DNA of 64,000 nucleotides from Candidatus Poribacteria bacterium (GTDB lineage Bacteria; Poribacteria; WGA-4E; WGA-3G): NCBI GenBank assembly GCA_964291315.2, contig OZ219750.1, positions 384,001 to 448,000 of the forward strand, read 5' to 3'. Shown piece by piece: positions 59,275 to 64,000 of this stretch (position 1 is its first letter; each line of letters starts with the position of its first letter). The notes under the pieces were generated by a model. It saw only the letters and a program-made list of their open reading frames with translations, ran no database searches and was not told where the DNA came from. The position numbers and the translations under genes were made by a program.

Positions 59275-59928
59275 TCAGATTCTTGTGGAACGCTCGCGCT
59301 GGACCTCTGTATACAGTCTTTCAGCCCTTTCAGTGAGGGATTTGAATTCTCTTGCTTCAATGAGTTGATTATTAACCAATGCACTTCCAACGCCCAAAGC
59401 GGTAGCCCCCGCGCTGATAAATTCAGCTGCGTTTTTAGCATCGATACCTCCAGTCGGAACAAGAGGGATATGAGGTAATGGGGCTTTTATGTCCTTTATA
59501 TAGGAAGCACCGACTCCGCTCGATGGAAACACCTTGACATAATCTGCTCCGGCTTCCCATGCCATCAAAATTTCTGTTGGCGTAAATGCGCCTGGAATAA
59601 CGACTTTGCCATAGCGATTACAGGTTTCAATGACATCCACTTTGGTAACCGGACTGACGATGAACTCCGCACCTGCCAGCATCACAGCGCGAGCTGTTTC
59701 CGCGTCTAATACTGAGCCGGCCCCGACGAGAAGAGTCTCTCCATACGCTGATGATACATCGCTAATTATTTGCAACGCATTCGGTGTCGTCATCGTCACT
59801 TCAATTATGTCAACACCCCCGGCGTGAATTGCCGCTGCTGCATCAATCAACTTGTTTGCACTATTCGCGCGAATTATAGCCACAATACCACACGCTTCGA
59901 TTCGTTGCATCTGTTCTAACTTTGTCAT
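59275..59928 (-). CDS. eda: KDPG/KHG aldolase
   Basis: IEVTMTTP, GAGSVLD, PGAFTPTEI, KVFP and VPTGGI motifs. Confidence 0.92.
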   Translation of the reverse strand: MTKLEQMQRIEACGIVAIIRANSANKLIDAAAAIHAGGVDIIEVTMTTPNALQIISDVSSAYGETLLVGAGSVLDAETARAVMLAGAEFIVSPVTKVDVIETCNRYGKVVIPGAFTPTEILMAWEAGADYVKVFPSSGVGASYIKDIKAPLPHIPLVPTGGIDAKNAAEFISAGATALGVGSALVNNQLIEAREFKSLTERAERLYTEVQRERSTRI

Positions 59929-60178
59929 GAATATCCTCAACATGAGTCCTATTAAAGCTTTGATTCAGGTAATCAGGATTAAGATACTTTCCAAGATATG
60001 AACCCTTCAGCGATGTCAGAGAAAAATGGTAAACGTTTTTTATTGTGATTTAGTTGTCAATATGTTATTATTGAACAAATCAAGTAAAAGTTCTAATTCG
60101 TAGATTCTCGCTAATTTTGTGTAATTGAGAGCAAATTTTGGTTCGTTAACTCTGCCGAAAGATTGCTTGATAAAAAGA

Positions 60179-61510
60179 ATGGAAGTTGTTCCACTGCTCC
60201 CTTACCTAATCAGTTTGATAGGTTTACTCCTTTTGTCCGGTTTCTTTTCGGGATCCGAGACAGCTTTATGCGCCCTTACCCAGGTACAAATTGAGCGTTT
60301 CCGTTTTGAAAAGGTCGGAACATCTGCTATTGTTAGTTTCGTTGATAATCCTGCTCGACTCTTTATTACTGTACTGCTTGGTAATAATCTTGTAAACGTT
60401 TCGTTTGCAATCCTCATGTTGTGGCTTATTAAACGAATTTTGCCCGATAGTACGGAAGTACTCCAATTTGCTGTAGCGACAGTCCTGAGTGTGCTGCTGA
60501 TGCTCATTTTTGGTGAGATGGCTCCAAAGACGTACGCAATTAAGCATGCAGAGACTTTTGCAAAAATAACAGCCCCGATTCTGTGGATATTTTCGATCTG
60601 CATTACACCGTTACGAGCGTTGCTGCGCTGCATTATCGACTTTCTTGTTCCTATATTTATTGGACATACACCTGACACCGAGCACCTCACTACCACGGAT
60701 TTCAAAGAAATTGTTGATGCCTATCACGAAGAAGCACTTCCCGAAGGCGAACGAGAAATTGTGAGCAATATTCTCGAATTACGCGACATTGAAGCAAGAG
60801 AAATCATGGTGCCTCGAACTGAAGTTGTTGCGGCTCCTACATCTAACACTATCCAAGAGACCCTAAAACAAGCAAAGGACTCCGGGTTTTCACGCATTCC
60901 AGTCTATCGTGAGCAGATTGATAATGTTTGCGGGATCTTTTATGTGAAAGACTTACCGCTTTGGCGGCATGCGTCAGTGAGTTCGCTCACATTGGATGCC
61001 TTCCTCGAGAAACAAGACAAAATTCCGAGAGCACCCTCTAACGCCCCTCTTATCCGAGAGCCGATTTTGGTGCTTGAAACTCGTAAGATCGGTGTATTAC
61101 TGCTGCAACTCAAACGCGAAAAAACAAAAATGGCGATTCTCCTTGATGAATATGGAGGCGTTTCAGGTATCGTTACAACTGAAGATATCGTTGAACAAGT
61201 CGTTGGCGACATCATTGATGAACATGATAGAAACGAACCTTTGGCTGATTTCGTTAAACACTCTACAGACCCGTTGTTTCTAGAAGTTTCCGGGCGAATG
61301 AGCATTAGAGAACTCAACCAACAATTCGACGAACTAAAACTGAGCGAAGACGATGTTGACACTATCGGCGGCTATACTTTCAGGCTCTTTGGTAGAATCC
61401 CTTCAGTTGGGGAATCATACATCGATGAAAACGGTATCAAATTTGAAATAATTGCTACAGAGGGCAATGTTATCACGAGCCTATTTATCGAGCTGCCAGA
61501 GAATCGTTAG
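60179..61510 (+). CDS. CNNM/CorC (hemolysin-family) CBS-domain membrane protein
   Basis: GFFSGSETA, LLGNNLVN, IFGEMAPK, MVPR, GFSRIPVY and DEYGG motifs. Confidence 0.93.
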   Translation: MEVVPLLPYLISLIGLLLLSGFFSGSETALCALTQVQIERFRFEKVGTSAIVSFVDNPARLFITVLLGNNLVNVSFAILMLWLIKRILPDSTEVLQFAVATVLSVLLMLIFGEMAPKTYAIKHAETFAKITAPILWIFSICITPLRALLRCIIDFLVPIFIGHTPDTEHLTTTDFKEIVDAYHEEALPEGEREIVSNILELRDIEAREIMVPRTEVVAAPTSNTIQETLKQAKDSGFSRIPVYREQIDNVCGIFYVKDLPLWRHASVSSLTLDAFLEKQDKIPRAPSNAPLIREPILVLETRKIGVLLLQLKREKTKMAILLDEYGGVSGIVTTEDIVEQVVGDIIDEHDRNEPLADFVKHSTDPLFLEVSGRMSIRELNQQFDELKLSEDDVDTIGGYTFRLFGRIPSVGESYIDENGIKFEIIATEGNVITSLFIELPENR

Positions 61511-61639
61511 CTATCAGGGCGTTCTACTGCACTTCAATCTCAGTAATCAACAGGGTGGCAGTTGGCTGCGTTTCATCTACTAAGGTGGGTGCCTACCTGC
61601 TGGCCGCTATGTCGTAGGTTTTCCTAACAAATACAAAAA

Positions 61640-63046
61640 TTGAAAGTTCTCTTACTGTCCCTCTTTTTAATCGGTGCCAGCGGTACAACACAGCTCGCGG
61701 TGCTCAGTTCATTCGTAGTTGTTTTGCTCATTTGCCTAGTTCTATCGGCTTTCTACTCTGGTTCAGAGACAGCTCTTGTGTCAGTTAATAAAGTTCGTCT
61801 CAATCAGCTTGTTGAATCCGAGGATGCTAAAGCGAACATCATTCGTCGCTTAGTTGAATCCCCACAGCGAATGCTTGCACTTACCTTAGTTGGAACGAAT
61901 CTTGCAAATGTGCTCATTGCACAACTCGGTGAGGGGCTTGTTACACGAGGGCTTCCGAACCTCCCTGTAGGTTTACAAGGATTAATCGCTACTGCTGGTA
62001 TAACGGCTCTGCTCCTCATTTTTGCAGAAATTTTGCCGAAAACAATCTTTCGGGTCAAAGCAGATACTTTAGCACTTCGTTATGCTTATCCTTTAAGGGT
62101 TTCTGAACTGATTTTTGCCCCACTCATTTATCTCGTCCAAAATTTTACGCAATTTCTCATCAAACTCGTAGACAGAAGGGCCCGCGGTCAAAGTCCTGAT
62201 GCCCAACGTGAAGAATTGCGACTCCTTGCAATTATCGGTGAACGTTCGGGAAACCTGCTCACAGACCAACGTAGGATGATTCATAGCCTGCTCGATCTTC
62301 AAAACCGAACGGTTGCTCAAGTCATGGTCCCCCTTGTTGATATTGTTGCTATAGAAAAAAACACAAAATGCGAAGATTTTTTGCAAATTGCTGCTGACTC
62401 GGGATTTTCGAGAATACCTGTCTACGAAGAACAAATCTATAATATTATTGGGATCATTAATCTCTTGGATGTTATTTACGATGATGTTTCAGACACATAT
62501 GCCGACGGCTCAAGTTCCTTGAAAAAGAGTAATACATTAACGGATTGCAGTCAACCTAAGAAAGAGCACAACCGACCTGAAACAATTGAACCGTTTATCC
62601 GTACTGCCTTACACTTTGTGCCTGAATCAAAAGATATTAGTGCCCTTCTGAGAGAAATTCAAGACACACGGCACACTATGGTATTCCCTGTCGATGAGTA
62701 CGGTGGCACCGTTGGGCTTGTTACCGTCGAGGACCTCGTTGAAGAAATCGTCGGTGAATTTGCCGACGAGCGAGACGAGCCTGACTTCATTCGTTTAATT
62801 GCTCCGAAAATTCTTGAATGTGACGGGCGAACTGAAGTCAGTCTACTAAAAGAAAATTATGGACTTGTAATTCCCGAAGGTGACTATGAAACAGTTGCAG
62901 GTTATATCTTGGAGCGGACCGGAACCATTCCCAAAGTGGGGACTAAACTTAATTTACGCGATGCTGCTATTACAGTTAAAGATGCTGATGCCCGCGCTAT
63001 CCGCAAAATTCGTATTCAACGGAGGTTCGGGACCTTCCAATCTTAA
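61640..63046 (+). CDS. Second CNNM/CorC CBS-domain membrane protein
   Basis: AFYSGSETA, LVGTNLAN, IFAEILPK, GFSRIPVY and VDEYGG motifs. Confidence 0.93.
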   Translation: MKVLLLSLFLIGASGTTQLAVLSSFVVVLLICLVLSAFYSGSETALVSVNKVRLNQLVESEDAKANIIRRLVESPQRMLALTLVGTNLANVLIAQLGEGLVTRGLPNLPVGLQGLIATAGITALLLIFAEILPKTIFRVKADTLALRYAYPLRVSELIFAPLIYLVQNFTQFLIKLVDRRARGQSPDAQREELRLLAIIGERSGNLLTDQRRMIHSLLDLQNRTVAQVMVPLVDIVAIEKNTKCEDFLQIAADSGFSRIPVYEEQIYNIIGIINLLDVIYDDVSDTYADGSSSLKKSNTLTDCSQPKKEHNRPETIEPFIRTALHFVPESKDISALLREIQDTRHTMVFPVDEYGGTVGLVTVEDLVEEIVGEFADERDEPDFIRLIAPKILECDGRTEVSLLKENYGLVIPEGDYETVAGYILERTGTIPKVGTKLNLRDAAITVKDADARAIRKIRIQRRFGTFQS

Positions 63047-63100
63047 ACGTGCCGACACAAGCCGTAAAACGATCTTCCCTATGCTTATTAACAAACACTA

Positions 63101-63865
63101 TTAGAGAATACCGAGTGGTGGCATCACTGTAATTTCCTCTGTTACCATACTCGACGGTTGTTGACAAATCGAAACGACGGTACCCGCTACATGTTCCGGT
63201 GTGAGCATCTGTTCAAAGTCCGGATGTTGCGGAATCTCATCCCAAAACGAGGTATGCACCGAGCCGGGTAGCACAGCAGTAACTCGAATATTTTGGTGGC
63301 GAACTTCGCTAGCTAATACCTTTGTGAATGCCAGAGCTCCTGCCTTTGCGGCACAATAAGCGCTGGATGCCTCAAAAGTAACTTTTGCCGCGATCGAAAG
63401 CACATTTACAATCTGTCCGCTGCCTTGTGCTAACATAGGTGAAAGGATAGACTTTGTGCAGAGATAAATCGCCTTTAAATTGGAGTTGATCACTGTATCC
63501 CAATCACTTGGAGTGAAATCAATAAGCGGTCCGAAACGTCCGATTCCAGCGTTATTAATCAGAATATCCACGCCTTGGTGAATGTCTAATGTCCTTTGAA
63601 TAAGCCGTTGCACAGCTCCTGGGTCGGTCACGTCTGTTGGCACGGTGAGCACGTCAGCACCACTTTCCCTGAGGTTTTCTGCGGCCTTTTCAAGGGTTTC
63701 ACGGGTCCTAGCGGCAAGCACGACTTTCGCGCCTGCGGTGGCCATACCGAACGCAATAGCTTTACCAATCCCTTTTGATCCCCCGGTAATCACGGCGACT
63801 TTTCCCTCAAGTGTTTCTGTATTTCTCTGGTGAGAAGGGGTAGGTCGCACCATCTTCGCCTCCAT
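63101..63865 (-). CDS. Short-chain dehydrogenase/reductase
   Basis: ITGGSKGIG, INNAG and YCAAK motifs. Confidence 0.94.
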   Translation of the reverse strand: MEAKMVRPTPSHQRNTETLEGKVAVITGGSKGIGKAIAFGMATAGAKVVLAARTRETLEKAAENLRESGADVLTVPTDVTDPGAVQRLIQRTLDIHQGVDILINNAGIGRFGPLIDFTPSDWDTVINSNLKAIYLCTKSILSPMLAQGSGQIVNVLSIAAKVTFEASSAYCAAKAGALAFTKVLASEVRHQNIRVTAVLPGSVHTSFWDEIPQHPDFEQMLTPEHVAGTVVSICQQPSSMVTEEITVMPPLGIL

Positions 63866-64000
63866 ATTTCGATTTGTACTTGTGTTTTATCCGAATTAGG
63901 TATCTACAAGAACCAAAAAATTTATGTTAAGATATCTGGATACACCGCAAAAACTCTGCCCGCGTTGAAAAGTGCTCTCGGAATGTTCCTAACATGACAT

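Noticed and set aside
60179-63046. Tandem CNNM/CBS genes as a novel system
   Set aside because: Paired CNNM/CorC genes are common in many bacteria.

Overview
Bacterial chromosomal window of moderate GC. Several features suggest Candidatus Poribacteria or a relative (inference, not a database result): secreted proteins ending in a (V/I)xPxx(K/R)LTxxW(G/A)xLK tail, lamin-tail and WD40/dockerin-like remnants, a PhyH dioxygenase and degenerate heptamer intergenic palindromes. The housekeeping backbone includes secA, purA, rplM-rpsI, tRNA-Lys/tRNA-Glu, hslVU, rlmB, radC, two sppA types, a CapD/sugar-transferase/GT4 block, iolC/iolD, eda and two CNNM/CBS proteins. It is interrupted by accessory patches and several decaying genes. 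The most notable items are: (1) a five-gene operon of predicted secreted proteins (21.0-25.8 kb) made of a prealbumin-fold scaffold and two diverged copies of an unrecognised A+B gene pair; (2) a sigma-70 protein with a tandemly duplicated region 1.2-NCR-region 2 module; (3) an orphan type III Mod methyltransferase split by a G8 tract, where G7 would restore the frame, bracketed by 64-bp imperfect direct repeats; (4) an archaeal-type NMP-kinase/N-deoxyribosyltransferase fusion among PhyH, RimK and GT4 genes; (5) a DUF4041-T5orf172/DUF1828/MTase-Mrr candidate defence trio. No CRISPR array, rRNA, integrase or intact transposase was recognised. All family assignments come from motifs read by eye and need HMM or structure confirmation.
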